A DNA stretch of 64,000 nucleotides from positions 9,430 through 73,429 of the forward strand of contig DBDW01000008.1 of assembly GCA_002293825.1 (NCBI GenBank). The letters run 5' to 3'. Made by a program: the position numbers and the translations under genes. Position 1 is the stretch's first letter. Each line of letters opens with the position of its first letter. The notes under the pieces are model-generated. The model was not told the DNA's origin, did no database searches, and saw only the letters and a program-made list of their open reading frames with translations. Positions 8,807-18,645 of the stretch are shown here, one piece after another. This stretch comes from Candidatus Magasanikbacteria bacterium UBA922. GTDB taxonomy: Bacteria; Patescibacteriota; Patescibacteriia; Magasanikbacterales; UBA922.

Positions 8807-10342
8807 ATGAAACAACCTTTTCTCAAATTTCCAGAAATCGTACAGATACTGATGGTATTTATCATACTGCATGTACTTGCATTTATCATATACGACTCCG
8901 CCGTTTTACGCATGATCACACTTGCGAGTGTCTTTGTGTCGACTATGTGGATCGCCCACAAATCACTCTTTACCGGACTTCTTATTGCATGTGCTGAAAT
9001 CTTTATCGGAGGACATGGCCATCTCATCAGTGCACCCATTCTCGGATTCCCTCTTTCTCTCCGTATCACTATTTTTCTTGCAATCATGGTAGTATGGATG
9101 ATACACATTCTGCGCAAAAAAATGCATCTCTCATACAAGCACCTTCCTTTATATCCATGGATACTCCTCATACTTGCACTTATACTCGGAGGAATTACCG
9201 GGCTCGCATATGGAAATAACCCTCTTTTTATTTTCGATGATGCAAATGGATATCTCATTCTCGGATATGCACTCCCATTCATCAGTATCGAATGGACCGA
9301 GGCACGCCGAGCCACACTTCTCCGCATACTCACCGCGGCTGCACTCTGGGTAAGTGTAGGCACACTCATCTTGTCATATATATTCACACACTCGATTGAA
9401 TCATATGCACGGCCACTCTACACATTTATCAGAGATACCCGTCTGGCAGAAATAACACTGCAATCCGTATCAAACTCTGAGGGAATTGTTACACACCCAT
9501 TTGCAGCGTATATTTTGGGTGAATCAGGATACTGGTACCGCATCTTTATGCAGTCACAATTTTTTGTCATAGCACTCACTTTTTTCCTTATCACATACAC
9601 AGTACTACATACTGAAAAAATTCGAATACTAAGCTCGACTTCACTACTCATTATTTTTTCAATAGCCACAATCTTTCTATCACAATCACGCAGTTTCTTT
9701 GTAGGATTATGTATCGCACTCACGGTGATAAGTGGATTTATATTCTACCTCAAACGAAAAGAATTTATAACACTGATAAAACAGTACATCTATCTCATTG
9801 GCATGAGCAGTATCGCACTTTTGCTCGTCTGGATATCTATCACACTTCCTATTCCGACGAAGCCATCGGTCGATACGGTATTATTCAGTAATACTTCAAT
9901 TGATACTGATCGATACGCGGCAGTATCTAGTCGCTGGTCACTACTCTCACCCATGATGATAGCTATCGATAACCGTCCGATTCTAGGCTCTGGATTTGGG
10001 ACCGTATTGACCTACAAAAGCGATGATCCGCGTATATATGATGAGACAGGCAGCACTGCGCTCACTACCTATCGATTTGAATGGGGGTATCACGATATAT
10101 GGATCAAAATGGGGCTAATCGGACTCGTAGCGTATGGCTCCTATCTGTACATGCTTTTTCGTGCAAGTGTCACTATGTGGAATCACACACCTCACTGGAT
10201 CATACTTGGGTTCGTAGGTACTACGCTTACTCTATTTGTAACACACATTTTTTCCCCTTACCTGAATCATCCGATTGGTCTCATCTGGCTTCTCTCCATA
10301 ATTCCATTTATATACACCACCCGATCACATACTATGGTATAA
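8807..10342 (+). CDS. polytopic membrane protein of the O-antigen ligase/Wzy_C-like family
   Basis: At least 10 TM segments. The C-terminal periplasmic loop has ...RPILGSGFG...H...G. spacing like Wzy_C. Confidence 0.5.
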   Translation: MKQPFLKFPEIVQILMVFIILHVLAFIIYDSAVLRMITLASVFVSTMWIAHKSLFTGLLIACAEIFIGGHGHLISAPILGFPLSLRITIFLAIMVVWMIHILRKKMHLSYKHLPLYPWILLILALILGGITGLAYGNNPLFIFDDANGYLILGYALPFISIEWTEARRATLLRILTAAALWVSVGTLILSYIFTHSIESYARPLYTFIRDTRLAEITLQSVSNSEGIVTHPFAAYILGESGYWYRIFMQSQFFVIALTFFLITYTVLHTEKIRILSSTSLLIIFSIATIFLSQSRSFFVGLCIALTVISGFIFYLKRKEFITLIKQYIYLIGMSSIALLLVWISITLPIPTKPSVDTVLFSNTSIDTDRYAAVSSRWSLLSPMMIAIDNRPILGSGFGTVLTYKSDDPRIYDETGSTALTTYRFEWGYHDIWIKMGLIGLVAYGSYLYMLFRASVTMWNHTPHWIILGFVGTTLTLFVTHIFSPYLNHPIGLIWLLSIIPFIYTTRSHTMV

Positions 10343-10395
10343 TGTGCATTCGGACGTACTCATTCACACTATTCTCTCTATTTTTGTAGTATTCT

Positions 10396-11343
10396 ATGCC
10401 TGTCTATCTCTCTTTTTTTATACTTGCCGGATTGTTTTTACTCCTCGGCACATCAGCAAATATTGTTGTCGACAATATTAAAAAAATAGGAAAAAAACTT
10501 CGCATTCCAACTTTTTTGCTTGGACTCATGCTCGGTATTCTTACCTCATTTCCCGAACTCTCAATTGCTATCAATACATCAATCAAAGGTATTCAAGATG
10601 TTTCAGTTGGAAATTTATTTGGAGGTATTTTTGTCGTATTCTGTATCACTCTCGGACTCGGACTCATCCTCAATCGTAAAATAAAAACCGATGGAAAAAT
10701 TACCACCCCATTACCAGCGTTTGCTTTTTTGTTTTTTCCACTCATACTCGGATTCGATGGCATGCTCAGCCTGATAGACGGTATTATTATCTCTCTTGGA
10801 TACCTGGTCGTCCTCACTCATTTCTATTTTAGAACACGAGAAGTAGACACTGTGGGAATCATGATTATACAAAAAAGTGCTCTTGCCAAAGAATTATTTC
10901 TTGTGCTCATCGGAACCCTTGTGGTAATTATTAGTTCAAATTTTATCGTACAATTAACCGTAAGCTTACTCGAAGTGTTCAATATTTCAGGATTTATGGT
11001 CGGACTCATGGTGTTTTCACTTGGAACCAATCTTCCCGAACTTACGGTCATTATCACCTCATGGAGAAAAAAACTCAAAGAAATTTCGTTTAGTCACATG
11101 CTCGGATCAGCAATCGTGAACCCTCTCATTTTTGCTATCATGACGTTCTTTGCCCCCGTTCCTATGGCCATCGATCGATCATACGCACTCATTTTCTATT
11201 TCCTTCTCATCCTCTCGATCACACTTCTCTACTTTTATAAAAGTAATAAAAACCTCAGCAGGCCTGAGGGTATCGTACTTATTATCATTTTCTTAATCTT
11301 TGCACTTCTTCAAGGAATGCTCCTTCCGCCACGTCTTATCTAG
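10396..11343 (+). CDS. Ca2+:cation antiporter (CaCA/YrbG-like)
   Basis: Two alpha-repeats, GILTSFPELSIAI and GTNLPELTVII. Confidence 0.7.
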   Translation: MPVYLSFFILAGLFLLLGTSANIVVDNIKKIGKKLRIPTFLLGLMLGILTSFPELSIAINTSIKGIQDVSVGNLFGGIFVVFCITLGLGLILNRKIKTDGKITTPLPAFAFLFFPLILGFDGMLSLIDGIIISLGYLVVLTHFYFRTREVDTVGIMIIQKSALAKELFLVLIGTLVVIISSNFIVQLTVSLLEVFNISGFMVGLMVFSLGTNLPELTVIITSWRKKLKEISFSHMLGSAIVNPLIFAIMTFFAPVPMAIDRSYALIFYFLLILSITLLYFYKSNKNLSRPEGIVLIIIFLIFALLQGMLLPPRLI

Positions 11344-11393
11344 GAGTGCCTACTCGGGGAATCCCACGAGCAGACACTCCTCACCCACCTGTA

Positions 11394-11744
11394 TTACAGC
11401 TCTCTTGAACGCATGCGTTGCCACCGCACCTCTTGATGAGGAGACACCAGGCAGACATCGGCAGCCTGTGAACTGACCACACCATCGACCGTGAAGATCC
11501 AGAAGAGGTCTTGCGTAGGATCTTCACGAAACCCTCTGATCTCAGTCACATAGACACGGCGCTGACCACCTACGTATCGTACCTCATAACTCACACGATC
11601 TTCATGCTTGAGCAGTCGATCGAGCACCGTCTCACGACTACCCAGATCGACATCACACCCGCTACTCATGAAATTAAGACTCGTGAGTGAAGTGGCAGCA
11701 ACGCACACATCTCTCAAAAATCTACGCCGATCACTCAAACTCAC
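11394..11744 (-). CDS. hypothetical small protein with a twin-arginine/lipoprotein-like signal. GC-rich foreign cassette A.
   Basis: GTG start preceded by AGGAGG. The N-terminus reads SDRRRFLRDVCVAATSLTSLNFMSSGC. GC3-rich codons, unlike neighbouring genes. Confidence 0.55.
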   Translation of the reverse strand: MSLSDRRRFLRDVCVAATSLTSLNFMSSGCDVDLGSRETVLDRLLKHEDRVSYEVRYVGGQRRVYVTEIRGFREDPTQDLFWIFTVDGVVSSQAADVCLVSPHQEVRWQRMRSREL

Positions 11745-11759
11745 GTTGAACCTCCTAAT

Positions 11760-11995
11760 TCAACACTGAAACAAAAACCCGCCAGGATTTCTGACGGATT
11801 TTGTTCGTTTAGACATCCGATACGGATCACAATAACAAGCACGGAATTGCGATACGTAATAGGATATCGAAAAAACATTTCTCCGTTCCTGCTCGGGACG
11901 TGAAAACTGATGATACGAACACTCTTGACCGGGCTTGGATACCGTTGCGGCACAGCGGAGGCTACCTGAAACAGGAATACCTCACTTCCAGAGTA
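11760..11995 (-). ncRNA. cobalamin-riboswitch-like leader with intrinsic attenuator (RS1)
   Basis: Minus-strand RNA contains GGAAGUGAGGUAUUCC...GCUGUGCCGCAACGGUA and CCCGAGCAGGAAC, both shared with the riboswitch at 15150. A terminator, CCGUCAGaaaucCUGGCGG followed by GUUUUUGUUU, sits just before the AGGAGG-GTG start. Confidence 0.4.
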
Positions 11996-12143
11996 TATTC
12001 ATAGATTTTGCATATAATGAACTGAGAGAAGTGTACCATGTATAAAAACACTCAGTCAAAAATCGCTAACTACTTTATTTTTTTACTGTTTTCTGGTAAC
12101 ATATCCACAACATAACATAATAAAAACACTACACATTACTCAC

Positions 12144-12989
12144 ATGTCAATTATTATCGACGGAAAACAACTCTCTCGGACTATCCTTCATACACTCAAG
12201 AGTGAAGTCGATGTCCTCAAAAAACAACACATTATTCCCAAATTAGGAATTATTTACGTCGGAAACGATAAACCATCAAAAACGTATATCAAAAGAAAGA
12301 GAGAAGCTGCAGAAACAGTCGGTATCGCATGTGATCTACACCAATACCCAGACACGACTTCAAAAGAAACCATTATTTCAGAAATCAAAAAAATACAAAC
12401 AGACAAAACACTTTCAGGACTTATCGTCCAGCTTCCATTACCAGAACCACTGTTTACAGCAGACGTACTCAATGCGCTCGATCCAGAGCTCGACGTCGAT
12501 TGTCTTACTCATACACAGCTCGGAACACTGGTAATGAATACAAACACCATTGCACCACCTACACCAAGTGCAGTGCTCGAAATATTATCATCGCTCAACA
12601 TAGAACTCAAAGGTACACATGTCGTAATTGTAGGAGCAGGACCGCTTGTCGGAAAACCACTTGCAATTATGCTACTCAACAAAGAAGCCACTGTGACTGT
12701 CTGCAATGCACACACACCCAGACTCAAAAAAATAACCAAACGCGCAGATATCGTCATCAGTGCAGTGGGTAAAAAAAATTTAATAACCAAATCTCACATC
12801 AAAAAAGGTTCGATTGTAATCGATACCGGAATCTCCTTTGATCATGGGAAAATGTATGGGGATGTAGATTTTGCACCAGTGGCACGAAAAGCCGGAGCAC
12901 TCACCCCTACGCCCGGAGGAGTCGGTCCCATTACCGTCGCACTATTACTAAAAAACACCATTACAAACGCAAAAAAACTATCCCATTAA
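12144..12989 (+). CDS. folD: bifunctional methylene-THF dehydrogenase/cyclohydrolase
   Basis: Full-length FolD with GxGxxVG NAD(P)-binding and conserved catalytic regions. Confidence 0.9.
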   Translation: MSIIIDGKQLSRTILHTLKSEVDVLKKQHIIPKLGIIYVGNDKPSKTYIKRKREAAETVGIACDLHQYPDTTSKETIISEIKKIQTDKTLSGLIVQLPLPEPLFTADVLNALDPELDVDCLTHTQLGTLVMNTNTIAPPTPSAVLEILSSLNIELKGTHVVIVGAGPLVGKPLAIMLLNKEATVTVCNAHTPRLKKITKRADIVISAVGKKNLITKSHIKKGSIVIDTGISFDHGKMYGDVDFAPVARKAGALTPTPGGVGPITVALLLKNTITNAKKLSH

Positions 12990-13019
12990 AGGGATAGTTT
13001 TTTATACGATATTTCAAGC

Positions 13020-14054
13020 TTATACAGCTGTCGACTGAAACTCATGAAGAATCTGCTCGAGCTCTGACATACTCTCTACTGCCATCAATTTCATGCGCAA
13101 TTCTTTCATACCTTCTATTTTCTCATGAACACGTTCGTTTTTGAAATACCATGCCAAATGTTTTCTAAACGTTGTAATTGCACGTGTTTTAATCATTTCA
13201 GCATCAATACCTACCTCCTGATTCTTTTTACCGAGTGCACGTACTCGTGATTGATATTCGATATGGAGCCGAGCATGTGCGAGCACCGTATCTACACGTT
13301 CAGCAAAAGAAACTTTATACGTAGGATCAAGATATTCTTTGAAAAACCACGGATTACCCAATGCTCCACGTGCAATCAATACTCCATCAGCGCCTGTAAT
13401 TTTCAAAGCTTCATCTACCTGATGCGGCTGATGTATATCTCCATTAGCAAGTAATGGTACAGTGGCAATTTTTTTTGCTTCACCAATTCGTTTCCAATCT
13501 GATACTCCACTGTACCCCTGCTCTTTGGTACGTCCATGAATCGTAATCAATTGAGCACCAGCCTCTTCGATCGCCGGAATAAAATATCTAAAATCATCAG
13601 GACTACTCCACCCTAATCTGATTTTTATCGACAACGGAGTGTCACCGATTGCTCGTTTTATTTCACGAATAATATTCTGAGCAAGTGCAGGATCTTTCAT
13701 CAGCGCACATCCATTGAAATTACTCGTAATTTTGTATACAGGGCAACCCATGTTGATATCAATTCCTTCAGGCCCTGCATGCTCCATCACAATAGCAGCT
13801 GCACGAGCCATCGTGAGCGGGTCTGAGCCAAAAATTTGCTGTACAATTGGTCGTTCAGCTTCTACAAAATCAGTCATTCCAAGTGTTTTTTCGTTATCAC
13901 GCACAATAGCTTCGGCTGAAACCATCTCACGAAACACCACATCAGCACCTCCGATCATTCGTACCATTTGACAAAAAGCCGAATCTGTCATATCAGCCAT
14001 TGGTGAAAGTGCAAGAATTTTTTTGTTTTTAGTCAAAATATCATTGATCCACAT
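13020..14054 (-). CDS. dus: tRNA-dihydrouridine synthase
   Basis: Dus motifs LAPMADMTDSAFCQM, FMN-binding regions and the C-terminal helical domain. The true start is MWINDIL; the track ORF reads through upstream GC-rich DNA. Confidence 0.85.
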   Translation of the reverse strand: MWINDILTKNKKILALSPMADMTDSAFCQMVRMIGGADVVFREMVSAEAIVRDNEKTLGMTDFVEAERPIVQQIFGSDPLTMARAAAIVMEHAGPEGIDINMGCPVYKITSNFNGCALMKDPALAQNIIREIKRAIGDTPLSIKIRLGWSSPDDFRYFIPAIEEAGAQLITIHGRTKEQGYSGVSDWKRIGEAKKIATVPLLANGDIHQPHQVDEALKITGADGVLIARGALGNPWFFKEYLDPTYKVSFAERVDTVLAHARLHIEYQSRVRALGKKNQEVGIDAEMIKTRAITTFRKHLAWYFKNERVHEKIEGMKELRMKLMAVESMSELEQILHEFQSTAV

Positions 14055-14109
14055 AAATTCAATTTTAGAAACTGCAGGACAGAGGATTTCCCCTGCCCTG
14101 CAGTGTGTT

Positions 14110-14325
14110 TCAGGTATGCCCCTTTGTCTCCACTTCTTCGTCATCTGTGCCATCGTCTGAGACGACTGCAAGGCAGCCGATAAGGAAGAGGGTCCCCACT
14201 ACCAGTGGCGGAAGTCTGCCGTACGGGCGTGAGAGCCCGTGCTTGATGAGGTGCCGAGCCATCTGCCCGACTTTTCCTTTCCAGAGTTTCTTCTCTGCAC
14301 GACGAAACGAAGTGGTCACTCGCAT
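14110..14325 (-). CDS. hypothetical 71-aa protein with a C-terminal TM helix (cassette B, gene 3)
   Basis: Its ATG overlaps the stop of the upstream 56-aa ORF (ATGA coupling). GC3-rich. Confidence 0.4.
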   Translation of the reverse strand: MRVTTSFRRAEKKLWKGKVGQMARHLIKHGLSRPYGRLPPLVVGTLFLIGCLAVVSDDGTDDEEVETKGHT

Positions 14326-14495
14326 CACTCGTCCCCCTCGAACCACACCTGACCGAAGAAGATGAAGCTGATCGAGTTCACAGTCCTCTTGAACGCAAAG
14401 GACAATTCCTCGAAAAATTCAGCGATCCCCATGAAGACATTCCTACCCCACTCTTTCATGAACTCTTCGAAACGTGGAAGTCCGCCAATCATCAT
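14325..14495 (-). CDS. hypothetical 56-aa protein, MMIGGLPRFEEFMKEW... (cassette B, gene 2)
   Basis: Preceded by AAAAGGGG. GC3-rich. Absent from the ORF track because it is under 60 aa. Confidence 0.35.
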   Translation of the reverse strand: MMIGGLPRFEEFMKEWGRNVFMGIAEFFEELSFAFKRTVNSISFIFFGQVWFEGDE

Positions 14496-14621
14496 GCACA
14501 CCCCTTTTCACCAAGACTTATTTCTTGCTTGGCTTATCACTACCCGAAAATAATTCCAGGTACTGATAAACATAGGTTCAGGGTGCGTCTCAAATAGAAA
14601 ACGTACCCTGAACCCCACCCT

Positions 14622-14963
14622 TTAGGCAAGCGCAACCTCGTTCACCGGCCAGTACCGGGTCGGAGACACGCGAGGAGGTGTACGAAGAATCGTACCGCCG
14701 GACCTGACGAGCACCTCGACATCTTTGACACGCTCAGAGATCTCGTCGTCCTGGACGACGAGGATGGTCGCACCAGTCTTCTTCACCATGACCACGAAGC
14801 CACCGGTGTAGCTCTGGTAGATGACAGAGACCGTGTACCTCACACCCTGCGAAAAACAGACGTGCGTCTGCACCCCACGAGGATTGATCGGACCACACCC
14901 TTCACGCAGGTCGAAGAGTTTCGAAATTTCCGCCAGAAAATTCTCGGCCACTTCACGAGTCAT
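14622..14963 (-). CDS. hypothetical 113-aa protein (cassette B, gene 1)
   Basis: ATG at 14963 with a strong SD (AAGGAGAGGGAG). GC3-rich. Followed by a 10-bp perfect-stem hairpin, GGTTCAGGGT...ACCCTGAACC. Confidence 0.5.
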   Translation of the reverse strand: MTREVAENFLAEISKLFDLREGCGPINPRGVQTHVCFSQGVRYTVSVIYQSYTGGFVVMVKKTGATILVVQDDEISERVKDVEVLVRSGGTILRTPPRVSPTRYWPVNEVALA

Positions 14964-15099
14964 ATCACTCCCTCTCCTTGTTAAGTGTTTTGTCCAAAAG
15001 GACACGTGACCCTAGCACACTCCTTGAACTTTTGCAAGTCCGAACATTGCCCACAGGATAATACCAAAAAACAATCTTTTTTGCAAGGTTGAGCAAAAG

Positions 15100-15127
15100 T
15101 TGACAAGTACACACTGCTTGATACAAT
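15100..15127 (+). promoter_or_regulatory. sigma-70 promoter for the riboswitch operon
   Basis: TTGACA, a 16-nt spacer, then TACAAT. Confidence 0.5.
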
Positions 15128-15149
15128 TCACGCATCATTTACAAACAAA

Positions 15150-15315
15150 CCATATTCTACTGGAACTGGGGTGAAATTCCCCGACTGTGCCGCAACGGTA
15201 AAAGTCCGATCTTGTAGAATATGCATTCTCCCGAGCAGGAACTAATACACCCTATCTTTGTGGTATCGGTGTATTATATATACACATTCCTCCGTTCAGG
15301 GGAATTTTTTTATCT
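15150..15315 (+). ncRNA. cobalamin riboswitch (compact variant) with terminator expression platform (RS2)
   Basis: GGAACUGGGGUGAAAUUCCCCGACUGUGCCGCAACGGUAAAAGUCCG matches the cobalamin core (GGUGaAAuUCC ... CCGCaACnGUaA). P1 is AUUCUAC/GUAGAAU. A terminator, AUUCCUC-cguuca-GGGGAAU followed by UUUUUUU, sits 5 nt before the ATG of the DUF4430 gene. Confidence 0.6.
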
Positions 15316-15320
15316 CAATT

Positions 15321-15920
15321 ATGCACCAAAAGCTTTTATACTTCCTTATCACGCTTTTTACCACTGCAACACTGGTAAGTGGATATTCAGTAATCAGAGA
15401 TCAAAAATCACCTGTCGAAAAAAATACAGTTTCTACACAATTAAATACTGACACTCCAGCACACACACAAAACATTGAATCAGATATTAAAAATTCCATT
15501 CACTATACCGAAACTACTCAAAAAAAAGAGCCAGAATCAGACATTGAGAACAGCGAGATCATAAATACTTCCACTACTCCAGACACAGAAACTCATCCTT
15601 ACGAAATATTTGAAGCGAAAGTGACGCTCGCGATCGATGGAAAAAATCTTCATATCCCCTATCACGATAGCATGACCGCTGAACGTGCGATGCGGGACGT
15701 TGCACAACGGTATCCTGAATCATTCCACTATGAAGGAATCGAATATGGCGGGGACCTCGGCACATTCGTGACGGCGATCAACGGTAAGAAAGAAAATCCA
15801 CAAGAAAAAATGCGCTGGATCCTGTATCTCAACGGAAGCCCATCACCCAAAGGAATATCAATACTCACACTTAATCCAGACGATATACTCTCATGGAACT
15901 ATGAAAAAGAAACTCTATAG
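15321..15920 (+). CDS. secreted DUF4430 (transcobalamin beta-domain-like) protein
   Basis: Signal/TM followed by a C-terminal domain: TLAIDGKNLHIPY...YEGIEYGGDLGTFVTAINGK...WILYLNG. This family is typically found downstream of B12 riboswitches. Confidence 0.6.
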   Translation: MHQKLLYFLITLFTTATLVSGYSVIRDQKSPVEKNTVSTQLNTDTPAHTQNIESDIKNSIHYTETTQKKEPESDIENSEIINTSTTPDTETHPYEIFEAKVTLAIDGKNLHIPYHDSMTAERAMRDVAQRYPESFHYEGIEYGGDLGTFVTAINGKKENPQEKMRWILYLNGSPSPKGISILTLNPDDILSWNYEKETL

Positions 15921-18603
15921 CTTGCTCGTAATCATTTCACTTCTTTTCTCAAATATCGGGTTTGTATACGCATCAGAAGAATCTATCGAAGAAACGACTG
16001 CCGAAACCACAGAACAAATTCCCCAAGAAAATACTCCAGACGAAGCCGTAGAATCACCAACCTCAACTCCTGATACAATACCTGAAGATCTTCCTACGCG
16101 TACAGCAAAGCTCAGAATTGAAACATCTAAAGGGGTCTTGTTTGAAGATTCCGTTACCTTTAGTGCATGCAAACCATATGAGACGTCTGAAGAATATACA
16201 CTCAACGCACAATGCCTCATTGAGCAAACGGACGGATTGGACGTAGTTTGGACTCCAGGTGATGACGCATGGCTTGATCGAATAAACCAATACGGCACAG
16301 ACCTTTCAACGGGCTTATACTGGGCATACTTTGCAAATCTCGAATATGGGTCAGTCGCGTTGAATCATCTACCGGTACATGAAGGAGATGAGGTGTTGCT
16401 TGTGTACGGGGTAAACCCGCTTAAGATAGAAGTAGACACTCTTTCACCCACCCTTTACACAACAACAACGGTACGTGTATATGAATTTGGTTTTGATGAG
16501 TTTTGGAGTCCTGTATGGCTTCCTTCAAATAGTAGTACTCTATTACTGGATGAAAATTCGATTGCCGTCTCTCAAAATGGAGAAGCAATTCTCACATTTG
16601 ATACGCTCGACACACAAACACTTCGAGCAATTAAGACAGGACTTGCCTCAAGCAATAGTATTGAAGTGTACCCCATATTGCCAACAACCAAAGCTCAACT
16701 ACATGTAGTGGCACACGGACAAACTCTTTTCCACGACACCATAGAGGTGACAGCATGCATACCTAACGAAACACAGACTGATAGATACACATTAAACGCA
16801 CGATGCTTAATTGATCAAGCAATCGGCATTACACCTACCTGGAGCACCTATGGTACTGATTCCTTTCTCGATTCAATCAATGGTATAGACAACAACTTCG
16901 AAACCGGACTGTATTGGGGATATTTTATCAATCATGAATATGCTTCAACTGCGCTCAATCAATATATTCTCACTGAAGGAGATGAACTATTGATTACATA
17001 CAATACTATCCCACTCAAACTCACATTTTCGACCACTACCCCTACCACCGGAGACACAGTCACCGTATCTCTATACGAATTTGGTTTCGATGAGTTTTGG
17101 AGTCCTGCATGGCTAGCAGCGACCGGGGCATTATTCACAATAAACGGCACACCTGTAACCACCACTGATCACACTTATACATTTATCCCTACGACCACGA
17201 TTCCATATCTCATTCGTGCAGAAAAAGAAGGATATATCACGATTGAAAAAACCTTGGTGGCAACCACGACCCAATCTACCGGTGAATCAACTGAAAATAA
17301 TGAAGGAACAGGAGGCAATGGCAGCTCATCAGGGGGAAATATCACCAATCCTGTACAGCGTATGATCCAATTCCTCGATAGCACACAAAATGCCGACGGA
17401 TCATTTGGTTCAACTCCATTCCTGACTGATTGGGCAGCACTTGCCTATGGATCGTGGACAGACTCTTCACAAGGATTGAACGCTCTCAAAAATTACCTCA
17501 TCAGTGACCCTACCCCACTAGATGGTCCAAACGCAACCACAAATTACGCGCGCCGTAGTATGGCACTCATGGCACTCGGTATCAATCCTTATTCTGGAAC
17601 ACCCACCAACTATATTGAAAAAATAATTTCAGGATTTGACGGGACTCAATTCGGAGATACCGGTCTCATAAATGATGATATATTCGCACTCGTCCCATTA
17701 GTACACGCAGGGTATTCCAATAATCCGATTGTGGCTTCTACCACAAAATTTATCATTGAAAATCAATCAGCAAACGGATCATTTGGCTCAATCGATCTGA
17801 CCGCGGCTGCAATCCAAGCACTCTCTCCATTCTCATCTGACGACAATGTGCGCACCGCACTCACACACGCACGAACATATCTCAAAAATGCACAACGCAT
17901 TGATGCTGGTTTTGGCGATGTATATGCGACAGGATGGGTTCTCCAAGCAATCAGCGCACTTGGTGAACACATCTCTGACTGGCTAGTCAACGGCATCTCG
18001 CCAGTATCATATCTTACCAACGCACAAGCATCTGATGGAGGATTATTGAGTAGTGATGTACGAGCTAATCGTATCTGGTCTACCAGCTACGCAATTCCTG
18101 GACTGCTTGGCACCCCTTGGAATAAAATTCTTGCATCATTTGAGGCTCCAGTCACCACACCTGAAACCAGTGGACAAGGCTCATCTACCGCTACTACTAC
18201 CTTCGACATCATTACCCCTACCACCACTGTGGATAGCACAACCACCTCGACACCCATTTCACCAGAGATTACTATTACTGAAAACAGTGTAGATACGCTC
18301 GAACAAGGTTCCACATACACATCTTCCTCAATGCCGACCCCCATTATCACCTCTCGACAAGTAGAAAGCCAGACATCAATCGTACGAGGAGAACGAATTA
18401 TCGAGGATGTAGAACCATCTACAACACCCTCATCAACACCTACGAACACCCCTGAATCAACACTCGCGCCTGATGCAGATGGTGCGCAAACACTATCACA
18501 CACACCTACTCCCATCACCCGATACATCTTCTGGTCTTCATTTACTGCACTACTACTCGCACTCGGATATAGCTGGTTTATCCGCCCCACTTCAAAAAAA
18601 TAA
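15901..18603 (+). CDS. large surface-anchored protein combining two DUF4430-like repeats with prenyltransferase/squalene-oxidase-like repeats
   Basis: Signal peptide. Two repeats of about 110 aa (VTFSAC..YTLNA(Q/R)CLI...G.YW.YF.N.EY...ALN). QxxDGSFGS-type alpha-toroid repeats. An S/T/P-rich stalk and a C-terminal TM anchor. The layout resembles a transcobalamin alpha-plus-beta architecture. Confidence 0.55.
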   Translation: MKKKLYSLLVIISLLFSNIGFVYASEESIEETTAETTEQIPQENTPDEAVESPTSTPDTIPEDLPTRTAKLRIETSKGVLFEDSVTFSACKPYETSEEYTLNAQCLIEQTDGLDVVWTPGDDAWLDRINQYGTDLSTGLYWAYFANLEYGSVALNHLPVHEGDEVLLVYGVNPLKIEVDTLSPTLYTTTTVRVYEFGFDEFWSPVWLPSNSSTLLLDENSIAVSQNGEAILTFDTLDTQTLRAIKTGLASSNSIEVYPILPTTKAQLHVVAHGQTLFHDTIEVTACIPNETQTDRYTLNARCLIDQAIGITPTWSTYGTDSFLDSINGIDNNFETGLYWGYFINHEYASTALNQYILTEGDELLITYNTIPLKLTFSTTTPTTGDTVTVSLYEFGFDEFWSPAWLAATGALFTINGTPVTTTDHTYTFIPTTTIPYLIRAEKEGYITIEKTLVATTTQSTGESTENNEGTGGNGSSSGGNITNPVQRMIQFLDSTQNADGSFGSTPFLTDWAALAYGSWTDSSQGLNALKNYLISDPTPLDGPNATTNYARRSMALMALGINPYSGTPTNYIEKIISGFDGTQFGDTGLINDDIFALVPLVHAGYSNNPIVASTTKFIIENQSANGSFGSIDLTAAAIQALSPFSSDDNVRTALTHARTYLKNAQRIDAGFGDVYATGWVLQAISALGEHISDWLVNGISPVSYLTNAQASDGGLLSSDVRANRIWSTSYAIPGLLGTPWNKILASFEAPVTTPETSGQGSSTATTTFDIITPTTTVDSTTTSTPISPEITITENSVDTLEQGSTYTSSSMPTPIITSRQVESQTSIVRGERIIEDVEPSTTPSSTPTNTPESTLAPDADGAQTLSHTPTPITRYIFWSSFTALLLALGYSWFIRPTSKK

Positions 18604-18645
18604 TACGATACCGTATACTTAGCACACCTTAACCACATTGTAACT

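Noticed and set aside
8761-8997. Cysteine/histidine-rich 78-aa ORF before the Wzy-like gene
   Set aside because: It overlaps the promoter and start region of the long membrane-protein ORF in another frame. It is low-complexity and has no RBS.
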